This document shows positions 23,478-34,481 of a stretch of 64,000 nt of DNA, one piece after another (the stretch's first letter is position 1; each line of letters opens with the position of its first letter). A program made the translations under genes and the position numbers. The DNA comes from Oopsacas minuta (lineage: Eukaryota; Animalia; Porifera). A model generated the notes under the pieces. The model saw only the letters and a program-made list of their open reading frames with translations. It was not told the DNA's origin and made no database searches. The DNA is taken from NCBI GenBank assembly GCA_024704765.1, contig JAKMXF010000111.1, positions 946,619-1,010,618 of the forward strand, written 5' to 3'.

Positions 23478-26011
23478 TTACGAATTCTCAATTGGTATAA
23501 CTCCTCGAAAGAAGAGAATAAATGGTAGTTCTGTATCCTGGACACAACAACATTGAGCTAATAGAGAGGGGAGGTTGGAATAGGGAAAATTATTCTTACT
23601 AAATCCACAAGTTCCGGAGTTAGATTGGTAGATGGTATAATTGTCGAATTTGTTGGAACTATTTTGATCAGTTCGAACTAAAAGATAGAACTGATTTCTT
23701 GTAGAAGAGTTTACAACAATAAAAGATCTATATCTTGTTGTCGAATTCTCTCAATTGCTTCAGATGCATTTGAACATTTCCAAACTGTTGGATTTTCTGT
23801 AAATGTAATTACCAACTGCTGCATTAGTTCGAACAGTGCTTTTGGAGAGTTAATAAAGTTAGAAGAACGTCTATGCATACTATCTAACTTCACTGATTTC
23901 CTTCCTATTTTATGAAGGCTAGGCTGACTATCCTCATCAACAGAGGCTATTAGTGTTGTTTCGAGATCAGCTGATGTAAACTTTGGAATTGATAATAATG
24001 GAATAAGTTGATCTTCATTACGGCAATGATATGCTATCAACAATGGGAGAGATGGGAACCAAGTTTGGCAGGGTGTAATAGCAAATTCTTGGTCACTTTT
24101 AACAATATTATAAGATTGAATTGGAGATTCTTGTTTTGGATAATTTAACATTAGAGCATATGTATCTTTGTATTGATATACTATGAAAGTTTTCAGAGGC
24201 TTGGAGGATAAACTAAGAGCTAAAGCTTGATCATCTGACTTTGTGTTCTGCTGGAACCAAGAATGAGGGTGAAGAGATAGATCTCTTGCAATATATACCT
24301 CCTCTACTATGTTGGTAATAAGTTGCATGGTATCAACTGTATCATTCTCTGGGAGAAGGCAGATAGGGATCTTTAAAAGGCATGGAATATCTTGTGTTGG
24401 CCAACAACAGTAGTGAGCTAGGAGTGACGCGAAGGAAACAAAACGACACGTACTATTAACAAGACCGAATCCTCTATCGAATGTGTTAATCTCGAATGAT
24501 TCTACCTTCAAACCATAGTACATATCAACTTTAACATATAACTTCACTACATCTCTACTCAGGTCTTCGTGGATGATAAAAGCACCGAGGAGATTCTCGA
24601 GGTTACTCTCATCGAACTTATCTTGTGTGAGCCAACATTCAGGATGATATTCCAGTATACGAATTAAATACATCTCTTGAACAGTAATGCTGTCTGGTAG
24701 GTCACAGCTTGGGATAAGTTCAGTTAGATATGGATGTTGTAAGAGTACAGGGATATCTTCAGTCAAGTTAAAGATGTAGTGAGTTACGAGGGAGACAAGA
24801 GATCCGAACTTATGTTCAGATTCATGCAAGAAGAAACCGTTTTTGTCTCTGTGAATCGGGCAGGCATAGAAACTGAGATTTGCTGGGTTTCCGCTCCAGA
24901 AGAATATGTCTAAAGAAGGCTCCTCATTTTCATCTCTAAGATAGTTTGGAGCTATTATAAAGTTCCCAATCGTCTCCTCCCCAAAGTGAAACATCTCCCA
25001 AGTGCTTGTCAAGAAATGCCGTAATAGCCAAGCTTCTGGCTTAAGGGAAAGTTTAGCTTCTACAATTTCCTGAGTCAGTTTCAGTATTGTTTCTAATGGA
25101 TTGGAATTGTAGGGAAATTTTAATTGATCAGGAATTGTACTTTTTAGGAAAAGATCTTGTTTTGATGAAACAGAACTTTGTTGTATCGAAGGAAGAGAAG
25201 GTGTGTGAATGTTTGATGTAAGATTCTGAGAATTTAGATTATCAAACATTTCACTAGAATATTTACGTCTAAACGAGTCAGGAATTGTTAAACTAACCGG
25301 CGGGTTAGTAGCTAGATTGTCATCTGGGAGAGAAATCTCGCCTTCAAACATTACATCATCATGAGGTTTCGAAAATCCGTAAGGAGATTCAGCAAAAATT
25401 GATTGTTTCGTCAAAGCGTTTAAAGATTCAAACATGCTCTTCACCTCTTTAGGGAGAGGTTTCACTCTAAGGTTATCTTGATTTGTTTGGATTGATGCTA
25501 GCCTCTTCACTGGAGAGGTTGAGAATTCTAAGCTATCGGGAGAAGCACTATTCTTTTGACGCATCATCTCCAAACTAGCAGATGACCTGTGTGTAAATCC
25601 TTTATCACAACGAGATGATACCGTTAAGAGGGAGTATAATCTAGATTCTAGTGTTTCCATATCAGAGATTTTGTGTAGTTTGAGTGTATCGTGGATAAGG
25701 TTAGCCTCCTTAATAGCTACTTCCCATAAATAAAATCGTGAATGAAAATCCTCTGAAACAGGGGTTCTTGAAGTGTGCTTTATTTTCTTACACATACAAA
25801 TCATAGAGTGGATAATATCATGCTCTTTTGGTGGTTTTGCATCGTATAATTCTAAGGTCATATCCCATATATTCTCTACTTCAAGTCTATCTGCCCATTT
25901 CCAGAACGGATTCGTATATCTTCGTAGGTATCGAACTGGTGCAGTAAATCGTTTTAGAGTTCCTTCCATTTCCAAACTTAATAATCTAATCCTCCAATAA
26001 TTACTATTCAC
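23478..26011 (-). CDS. Uncharacterised protein with four tandem RIN/Sprint-type SH2-like domains; fourth domain interrupted by a 1-nt frameshift
   Basis: The track ORF 23711-26011 starts at GTG; the first ATG is at 25969. It carries three repeats of the form (H/K)P..W...G.FI....F.SL..L..HY....IP.LL..P. A fourth repeat continues in another frame from about 23728 to a stop at 23478. Confidence 0.75.
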
Positions 26012-26195
26012 AAATAATTGGCCTTGAAATATAAGTAAATATGTAATATAAGTTGAATATTTATGAATAAATATAAACCCCAGCTAACTGAAAGACAAAT
26101 CCTTGGAAAAGTAAAGTACAAGCCCAATTTCATACAATAAAATAACAAATGTTCACAAATTGCTTCTAATTGGAATAATAGTTCTATTTCATGAA

Positions 26196-28633
26196 TCATG
26201 AGTGCTGTGGACAAACTAGTCCGCTAAAATGCTTCCCTACTGGCCCGATAATACGGGATTTGCAATGGTAACATAGATGGGCGTTACAAGACCAGCAACG
26301 TACGTGATTGTTGTTACCAATCTTAGCACTTCTCTGACCACAAGAAGTGCAGTTCATCATGCTAGCCCTTCCAGCCTGTCTATCTATAGCATTCTGCATT
26401 TGATTGAAACGCTAAAGTTGGAAAATTTGAATTCACAATATTCATGAACTAGTAGGAAGTTATATTGTATAATAGAACGCAGATAAGACACTCTGGGATC
26501 TAAATATGAGTACGTACTATCCAAGTGTACGTCTTTGGGATGGAAGAACAATTAAGTACATATTAACCGCGTGTACGTTATATATCCGAGTTCTTCTGTA
26601 TACTAATATAATTCAACTTACCTCTGGGACAACTCTGTCATAGCCATAACGTTGAAATACTTCGTTTCCGTTTGGGACATAAAATAGCTGACATTTTCCG
26701 CTGGTAAAATGTTCATAACCACCTAACCCACCACATAAATAGCAGAAAGATGTACCACACTGATTGCACGTCACTTTATTACATCTAAAATATAGTAGTA
26801 AAGCTACGTACATAGCACAATCATATCAGTCTAATGAAGGATCTTACCCTTCAAATTTATGAATTTGCACCCTACATTTAGGGCAAGGTTGAGATGTTGA
26901 TTTAAGAAACTTCTCAGATCTTTTCAATTCTTGCAATGCATGTGATTTGGACAAATATTCTTCTTTTGTAATTTTAGATTTTTTGAGTTTAGCAAGCTCA
27001 ACCTGAACAACTTGCTCTCCGTCTAGACAATTACCCTATAAAATAAATTCAAATAAATATAGGATATTAACTGTGTAACATATAGTTAGAATGAATACCA
27101 AATGCCAGGGACTGTTACAATCTGAACAAAATACAAAATAACAGCTCGCACATATTGCTTGTCTATTCTTGTAATCACATTCTGCTGGGTACTGACATCT
27201 TGGACAATATTGCATATCCTCCATTGTGTCTATTGTTCTCTAAGAATATAAAGAGATAATATTAATACAAATGCAACGAATTTGAAGAAGGTTGCATTTT
27301 AAATTACTTCTAATAGAAGTCTCTCCCAACGTTCAAACTCTTCAGTCCCTACTGCATCTGCTACAATGCTAGGATGAATGAGGACGTCACATGACTTAGT
27401 GGGACATCTATTGATGTAAAAATAGAATAAAATAAAAATTCAAAGAGTGATTATATTCCGAATTGAGTGAGGAACATATATTCAAAATCTTAGTTGTCCT
27501 GGAGTTAGTGAACTAACTTGAGGTTCTGTACAGTGCCATCTTTTACATGCATCTGACAATATCCATTTAGACATTCCTTACAGTAGAGATGAGGACAATC
27601 GTACATTCTATAGAACTCACTTCCTTTCTTAGTATCATAGCAAACTTCACACAACATCTCTAATTCTAGAAACCTAGCCTCTTCGCAATCTTTATCATTC
27701 TGTATTAGCATTGGAACTACTCTGTCAATAGATTTCATCTCTCGTAAGATTCGCTTGTCTAGACTAGGGAAGCTGTATTTCAGTGAGTTTAACTCAATCT
27801 CGTTCTTATCAGCTGTTAGTGTTGATAACAGGCTGTTACTTAGCCAATCCAACCATGAGAAGAGAATTCCTTAAATTTGGCATCATTAACATAGTGATAA
27901 TTATAATTTTACGACACTTACCTACACCTGGATACCATAATGCATCCAGTTCATTAAATATCTGTTCATAATGCAGATCATCCATCCAGTCACATTTGAT
28001 TTTATAGGAAGGAGGAGAGTGAGAAGGGTAGTCAGAAGGGAGCAAGAGATCAATCAGAACGGAGGGTAGAGAAGAGAACTTGTGTTCAGAGATAACAAAA
28101 TCAGGAGCAGAAGCACCTCCACTAACAGGCGCCTCACCTTTTGTCTCCTCACTGCTAGTCTGTTCTTTATTGAAATAGAAAACTGCTTTGAATGAGAGAG
28201 CTGAGTCTAAGTTGAAAGGAAGATTCACCTAAGATTATACTCTCATAATTATTAATTCTTATAATAATTTCCCGGGATTATATTTCGAAAAATTCCCTGC
28301 TGCCGATTCCCAAGTTTTACCATAAATAGCAAGTTGAACTCAATTTGACACAGATGGCATTTTGAGATAATTATCCACAATAATAATAATGATAATAATA
28401 ATATTTTCTTTCAGCATATTTGTAAGCAAAGCAATACTACAGTTATTACCTGTAATCTCTTCAATGAGTTTTCTGGTTCTAGCTCTGTTATCTCTTTCTC
28501 ATAAATAGATTTAAGAGTCGCAATCTAGGTAAGGTATAATATAATTACAAGACACCGAGATATGCAATAGTTATTAAAGTTTCTATACATCTTATACCTC
28601 TTCCTCTTGTTCCTGAATAGTCTCTTGATCCAT
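26196..28633 (-). CDS. RNF14: RWD-RBR E3 ubiquitin ligase, RNF14/ARA54-like, multi-exon
   Basis: N-terminus MDQETIQEQEEEIATLKSIY; RWD LPSVLIDLLLPSDYPSHSPPSY; RING1 CEVCYD..CPHLYCKEC; IBR YCPRCQYP..CASCYFVFCSDC; RING2 CNKVTCNQCGTSFCYLC. Confidence 0.85.
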
Positions 28634-29102
28634 ATTGTCACTCACACTCAAGCTAAATAAAACATATATAAATGTATTGAGAAAGAGTTCAGATATATTT
28701 GAGATAGAAATCTAAAAATAGTATAAAACTATCCAACTTGGCTAAAAATAGACACTATTATATTAAACTAATTCGGTGGGGACGTGTATTGCATTGATAC
28801 TGTAACTCAAACAATATTTCATAACAAACGAACCATTATTTTGAGAAGTTTGTTGAGTGCATGGATAAAGAACGAGCATTATTATTTTAAGTCTTACATT
28901 TGAGTTATAGTTTATATTTATACAATTAGACTAAATGTAAAAGTTAAATATGTTATGCTAACTGCAGCATATATTATTAGGGAAAATGTGCATAGTATCA
29001 TTTTGTGGGAGAAATGGCTTACCATATTACTAATATTAATTACTCTGAAGAAATTGAGTCTATAACCGTAGCAGTCGACTGTTATGTTACTTTATTATAT
29101 TA

Positions 29103-29310
29103 TACACTAGCCCCCAGCTAATCCGAACAGGGCCTAGAGGTTGTACAACTTTTGAAAATGTTCTAAAATGTTTAAAAGACTCAATTCTACTTCAGACAAA
29201 TACATAATTCTATATTAAACATGTTGGCAGCCTTCTCATCGTTTGTAAAACATCGAACGAATTATTTTACAATTGGAACGGTGATGTTCGGATTAGGAGG
29301 GTCTACTGTA
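29103..29310. mobile_element. TA-flanked MITE
   Basis: Imperfect TIR TACACTAGCCCCCAGCTAATCCGAACA / TGTTCGGATTAGGAGGGTCTACTGTA. Confidence 0.6.
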
Positions 29311-29403
29311 ACTATTTTGAGCTTACATTACAGTTCTTCATGCTGAATAATACACCAGGAAATGTAATATATTTTTGATATAATTCAAATAGAATTACAA
29401 ACT

Positions 29404-32307
29404 CTATAATTCTTTTGATTCTGGTACAATACTCCTGAATTTTGGAGGAGCTTTATATCCAAACCAAGACTCTCTGTAACTCCAGAACTGATTTATGGAT
29501 TCTTGTTCCTTCTTAGACACACTCAGTATAGTGAACAGAGCTTTGTGCAGTTGTTTAGCCTCTACAGGAGTAGAGCACATATATTGTAGCATTATATTTC
29601 TAAGATATTGGAAGTTAATCTCTGTGAGAGGAGATTGTATACTGAGATCTATGAGATCTGGTTCAAGAGTAGGTAGAATAAGCATAGAGTTAGATCTGAG
29701 AGTAGGTAAAGGATTGTTCTGATTATTCTCCCTAATAACTGGAGTAACATTTCTATTAGGTAAATAATCAATAGGGAGTATAGGGGTAGAGTCAATTGTA
29801 CCATTTGTATCAGAGCTGACTGCTTGTTGTTCTTGCAAACTAATGTCAGATTGACTTGACTGAATTTTGAGTTCACGTGACATTACTTTCTTCAGATCGT
29901 ACTGTCTTTGCTGAAGCTGTTTATTTTCGAGCACCTTTTTCTGTAACTTTTCTTGATATTCACTATTCTTACGTTGCAACATTTCTATATTACTTCTTAA
30001 TTCTTTCATTTCATCTCTCATCCGCCACAAACCTGTAACACAGCCTTCGATTCCTACTAGATTAGATTCTACTTGTCTAAGCTTGCCAGTCACTCGCTCT
30101 TGCATTCCATCAACCCCTTCTTGTAACGCAGTCCGTAGAGAATTGATTTTATCTGATACCTCATCTAATTGTTGTGTCAATACGTTATTTAGATTAGAGA
30201 ACTCTTTGCCTTGATTAACACTAGTTACTAACTCATGTTGTTTCTCAGCTACCTGTGTTTGTAGATTGTTTCTTTCTTGGATAACAGCCTTGAGATTATC
30301 ATTTTTGTGCTCAATCATCTGTTTAGCAGTGTTGAGTTCGATTAGAGAATCATCTCTGGTGGAGATAGCTTCACTCAGTAAATGCTCAGACTCAATTACT
30401 TTATTATTAAGTCTGTCTACTTCAGATTGTAAGCTTGCTTGTATTTGCTGACTATCCCCTTGTACTTGTTCCAACTGTATATTGAGTTTCTGTGACTTTT
30501 CAGTATTAGCTAGAATAGTTTGGTCTAGGATTTTGATTTGATTGTGTAGTCCGTCTACTGACTGTAACATCTCTGCTCTCTCCTGCTCTTGTTGTTGTTT
30601 ATTTAGACTCAGTTGTGTTTGTAGACCGACTTGTTTATCTTGTGAATCTTTCTTAGAAGTAGAAAGCTCTTTGTTAAAGAGATCTACCATCACTTCAAGA
30701 CGTTCTATCTCTTTCTTATCTTTGTCTTGTTTGTTAGTCATCTCTTCAAATTGTGAAACCCATCCTTCTTCAGATATTCTCAGTGCTTTTATTCCCTTTT
30801 CAAGCTCCAAACATTTCTGTTGTAGCTCTACTCTCTCATTTTTAACTTTCATAACCTGTTCTTCCATTGACTTCTTTTCTTTCTCAACTTTAGTTAACTC
30901 GTTCTTGTACTTCTGGTGAGCAGTAAGACTACTAGATGTGACAGCTACTAACTGCTCCTGGGTTGCTTTCGCTTGTTGTTTCAGTTCTGAGTTCTGGTCA
31001 ATAAGACCTTGCTTCTCTTCATCATGAGTAGCATAAATAGACTCTAACCCATGTGCTTTCTCCAATTTAACTTGTTCAACTAGTGTCCTCAGTTCATCTA
31101 CACTAGTCCTCTCTTTATGCAGACTACTCTTCAGTTCTTGTACATTTCGATCACTATCTTTTTGCAGTTTAGATATCTGCAGCAGCTGTCTCTCTCCCTC
31201 ACCACTTAACCGCACTATTTCCTGTTCTTTAGCTTGTAACAGCTGTTTAGCTTCCACCAGAGATTTCTCTACTCCATTTTGCTCTTGAATACTCTTCTCT
31301 CTTGTCTGGTTCAATTCTTTCTTTGATTTATCTAGTTCCTTCTCAAGTGTTGATATTTGAGTATTCTTCTCTTGAATGAATTTATCCTTCTCTCGCTCTA
31401 GCTTAATAATTTTATTTTTGTACTCAGTCAGATCTGTTCCTAACGTGTGTAGAGTACTCTCAAGCTCCCTCTTAGCAACTGATGAGTCTCTTTGTGTGTC
31501 TGTGTGTTGCTGTTGCAATGCACTATACTCACGTTTAAGTTCGTCTCTCTCACCAGTCAGCTGTTCGAGTAACAGCTGATATTTTTGTTCAGATTCATCG
31601 GTTGAGTTCTGAATTACATCTCTCATTGCTGACAATTCTTTAGTTTGTTTTATATTATCCTCTTGTATCAGTGATAACTTGTTGATCTGATACTCCAAGC
31701 CAAAGCATTTCTGCTTTAGACTTTCATTACCATCCCTGGTTCCCTGTAGTTCTGCTTCAAGCTGTTTTATCTTCACTGTAGACTGGTCTGATTCTTTTCT
31801 ACATTTCTCTAATTCCATCGCATGCTGCTGAGCAGTGATATCATTTTGGTTCTGAATTTCCTGTACCTCTTTACTCAACTCTTGTATTACAAGTTTGGAT
31901 TTGTCAAGGAATTTATCCTTCTTACTCATCTCTTCATTTAGCTTGCTATTTTGCTCTTGTAGCTTCAATTCAAAGTTTCTCTTAACTTCTCTGCTCTCTG
32001 CCTTAGCTTTGTCTTGCTGTTGTTCTAGCATATCAGCTAATCGGTTCTTCAGCTTGACTTGCTCCTCTAATCGAGTCTCAAGTTCTTGCAACTCTCTCGA
32101 TTTAAGTGTGCGTGATCTTCCTCTGGATAAATCCGGATCAGATGCCTCGCTGAGCTCTGTGATGGATGGAGTCTTGTCACTGGACACAGAGTCCTTGTCT
32201 GAGATATCTGCCTGTGCCTGAGGTGAGCGAGTAAGATAACCAGAGACAGATTTCTTCAGAGAGTCTGTGTCTACACTATTCCATTGTTCTTTTACTTTCT
32301 GGAACAT
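29404..32307 (-). CDS. GOLGA1: GRIP-domain golgin (golgin-97-like), intronless
   Basis: Long coiled coil, C-terminal GRIP domain EINFQYLRNIMLQYM..KALFTIL, then YRESWFGYK resembling golgin-97 SWFG. N-terminus MFQKVKE. Confidence 0.8.
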   Translation of the reverse strand: MFQKVKEQWNSVDTDSLKKSVSGYLTRSPQAQADISDKDSVSSDKTPSITELSEASDPDLSRGRSRTLKSRELQELETRLEEQVKLKNRLADMLEQQQDKAKAESREVKRNFELKLQEQNSKLNEEMSKKDKFLDKSKLVIQELSKEVQEIQNQNDITAQQHAMELEKCRKESDQSTVKIKQLEAELQGTRDGNESLKQKCFGLEYQINKLSLIQEDNIKQTKELSAMRDVIQNSTDESEQKYQLLLEQLTGERDELKREYSALQQQHTDTQRDSSVAKRELESTLHTLGTDLTEYKNKIIKLEREKDKFIQEKNTQISTLEKELDKSKKELNQTREKSIQEQNGVEKSLVEAKQLLQAKEQEIVRLSGEGERQLLQISKLQKDSDRNVQELKSSLHKERTSVDELRTLVEQVKLEKAHGLESIYATHDEEKQGLIDQNSELKQQAKATQEQLVAVTSSSLTAHQKYKNELTKVEKEKKSMEEQVMKVKNERVELQQKCLELEKGIKALRISEEGWVSQFEEMTNKQDKDKKEIERLEVMVDLFNKELSTSKKDSQDKQVGLQTQLSLNKQQQEQERAEMLQSVDGLHNQIKILDQTILANTEKSQKLNIQLEQVQGDSQQIQASLQSEVDRLNNKVIESEHLLSEAISTRDDSLIELNTAKQMIEHKNDNLKAVIQERNNLQTQVAEKQHELVTSVNQGKEFSNLNNVLTQQLDEVSDKINSLRTALQEGVDGMQERVTGKLRQVESNLVGIEGCVTGLWRMRDEMKELRSNIEMLQRKNSEYQEKLQKKVLENKQLQQRQYDLKKVMSRELKIQSSQSDISLQEQQAVSSDTNGTIDSTPILPIDYLPNRNVTPVIRENNQNNPLPTLRSNSMLILPTLEPDLIDLSIQSPLTEINFQYLRNIMLQYMCSTPVEAKQLHKALFTILSVSKKEQESINQFWSYRESWFGYKAPPKFRSIVPESKEL

Positions 32308-32733
32308 TCAGCGTTCACTAGCTAAACAACAATATTATTATATCCAAAGTTTTCTAACAGCATCAGGAATCAGTCATGCCATTGCAGATACAGAACAAAC
32401 TTGAGATTTATGGCAGTAAATACTATAATTACATGATCATGCATTGCTCAAATTTTAAGGAAAAATGAGGTAACTGTGGAATCACACTGTAGACTGTATA
32501 AACCTTGGTTTATTGTGAAATTGAATTGTAATAGTAAACTATCCAATAACACACTACATTACAGATGATTCTGTTACTATAAACCCTGCAAGGGAGACCA
32601 GTAGCCGTTATTTACACATATATTATAATAATAACTATTATTTCTTTTTACCCTGGAATGTTAACGTATCATTTCCGGTAAACCAGGTCTTATCGGGTTC
32701 AAACCATAATTGAAATTAGTCCATACAAGAAGG

Positions 32734-34259
32734 GGAATACCGACAATTCGCACCTAATTTGATTGGCCTACTGTGTCCACTTGCCCAGCCTCAACAGATG
32801 CTCCTGGACTTTGAGAAGGGCGCGATTACCAGCTTTGAGCATGTCTGGCCTAACACAGTAGTGAAGTGCTGCTTCTTCCACCTCACACAGAATATCTGGC
32901 GACATGTGCAGTCTGCCTACACACATGACGAAGAGTTGGCTATGTGCATCCGGAGGATACCAGCCCTTGCTTTTGCCCGACCAGCAGACGTACATGATCT
33001 GTTTGATCAAGTGGCAATGGACCTCCCCCTTGCGTCTGAGATAGGCGAACTAGTCGACTACTTTGAGAGGACGTATATCGGTCGCACGCTAGCCAGTGGA
33101 TACCATGTAGCGGCGACGTTCCCCATCGACCTGTGGAACTACCACCTCAGCACGCCCTTCGGGCTCCCCCGTACAACCAACGCCGTGGAGGCATGGCACC
33201 ACAGCTTCAATGCCACTGTCGGCTGCCATCACCCCACCATATGGAAGTTCCTCCTAGCCCTCAAGCGTGAGCAGGGCCTAGTGGAGGTGCGGCATACTAA
33301 CTACCTCGTTGGCAAGCCACCAACCAAGCGAAGGCGATCCCAACAGAGTGAGGAAGCGTTGAAGACTCTAGTTCGTGAATATTATTCTCAAGATCGTTCT
33401 AAAATGGAGTTCTTGCAGGGTGTAGCACATCATTTCAGTCTGGGAGCCGATTAACATGTTAATCCAAAGGATTATCTCTAATCAATGTATTTGAGGGCTA
33501 GATAATCCTTTGGATTAACATGTTAATCGGCTCCCAGACTGAAATGATGTGCTACACACTGCAAGAACTCCATTTTAGAACGATCTTGAGAATAATATTC
33601 ACGAACTAGAGTCTTCAACGCTTCCTCACTCTGTTGGGATCGCCTTCGCTTGGTTGGTGGCTTGCCAACGAGGTAGTTAGTATGTCGCACCTCCACTAGG
33701 CCCTGCTCACGCTTGAGGGCTAGGAGGAACTTCCATATGGTGGGGTGATGGCAGCCGACAGTGGCATTGAAGCTGTGGTGCCATGCCTCCACGGCGTTGG
33801 TTATACGGGGGAGCCCGAAGGGCGTGCTGAGGTGGTAGTTCCACAGGTCGATGGGGAACGTCGCCGCTACATGGTATCCACTGGCTAGCGTGCGACCGAT
33901 ATACGTCCTCTCAAAGTAGTCGACTAGTTCGCCTATCTCAGACGTAAGGGGGAGGTCCATTGCCACTTGATCAAACAGATCGTGTACGTCTGCTGGTCGG
34001 GCAAAAGCAAGGGCTGGTATCCTCCGGATGCACATAGCCAACTCTTCGTCATGTGTGTAGGCAGACTGCACATGTCGCCAGATATTCTGTGTGAGGTGGA
34101 AGAAGCAGCACTTCACTACTGTGTTAGGCCAGACATGCTCAAAGCTGGTAATCGCGCCCTTCTCAAAGTCCAGGAGCATCTGTTGAGGCTGGGCAAGTGG
34201 ACACAGTAGGCCAATCAAATTAGGTGCGAATTGTCGGTGGTGCGAATTGTCGGTATCCG
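32734..34259. mobile_element. Palindromic (foldback) Mutator-like (MULE) element with 9-bp TSD
   Basis: Left arm about 32734-33477 and right arm 33500-34259 are reverse complements (at least five substitutions) around a 22-nt spacer. Direct repeat ACAAGAAGG at 32725-32733 and 34260-34268. The right end has a tandem duplication of GGTGCGAATTGTCGGT (34223-34254). Confidence 0.9.
32759..33454 (+). pseudogene. 5'-truncated MULE transposase (left arm)
   Basis: DFEKGA (second catalytic D region), CFFH (MULE CxxH) and RTTNAVEAWH (catalytic E). The N-terminal part with the first D is missing; the ORF starts at TTG. Confidence 0.8.
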
Positions 34260-34263
34260 ACAA
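33523..34263 (-). pseudogene. 5'-truncated MULE transposase (right arm, inverted copy)
   Basis: Same reading frame as the left arm with three amino-acid changes (A/T, T/I, G/C). Confidence 0.8.
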
Positions 34264-34481
34264 GAAGGGAATGTATAGGAAATCAGACGGGGGACTGTAA
34301 ATTCAAAATTATTATAATTCTTATAACATCAGTCTAACAACATACAGATCACTACGCAATAGTATAAACTAATCCACAATAAATCAGTAATTCATTGAAA
34401 ACTTGTCGAGTATGTGAGTGAGTGAACAGAACTGACAGTTCTTCATATAATCTAAAATAAGAGATAGGTTGCAGTACATGA

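Noticed and set aside
16829-31895. Numerous plus-strand ORFs overlapping NOG1, EPRS and GOLGA1 (e.g. 16833, 21523, 30542, 31895)
   Set aside because: They are antisense shadows of long coding sequences, with Ser/Leu/Cys-rich composition and no recognisable motifs.
34223-34254. 16-bp tandem repeat considered as a CRISPR-like or regulatory array
   Set aside because: Only two copies with no spacer; it is part of the MULE subterminal sequence.
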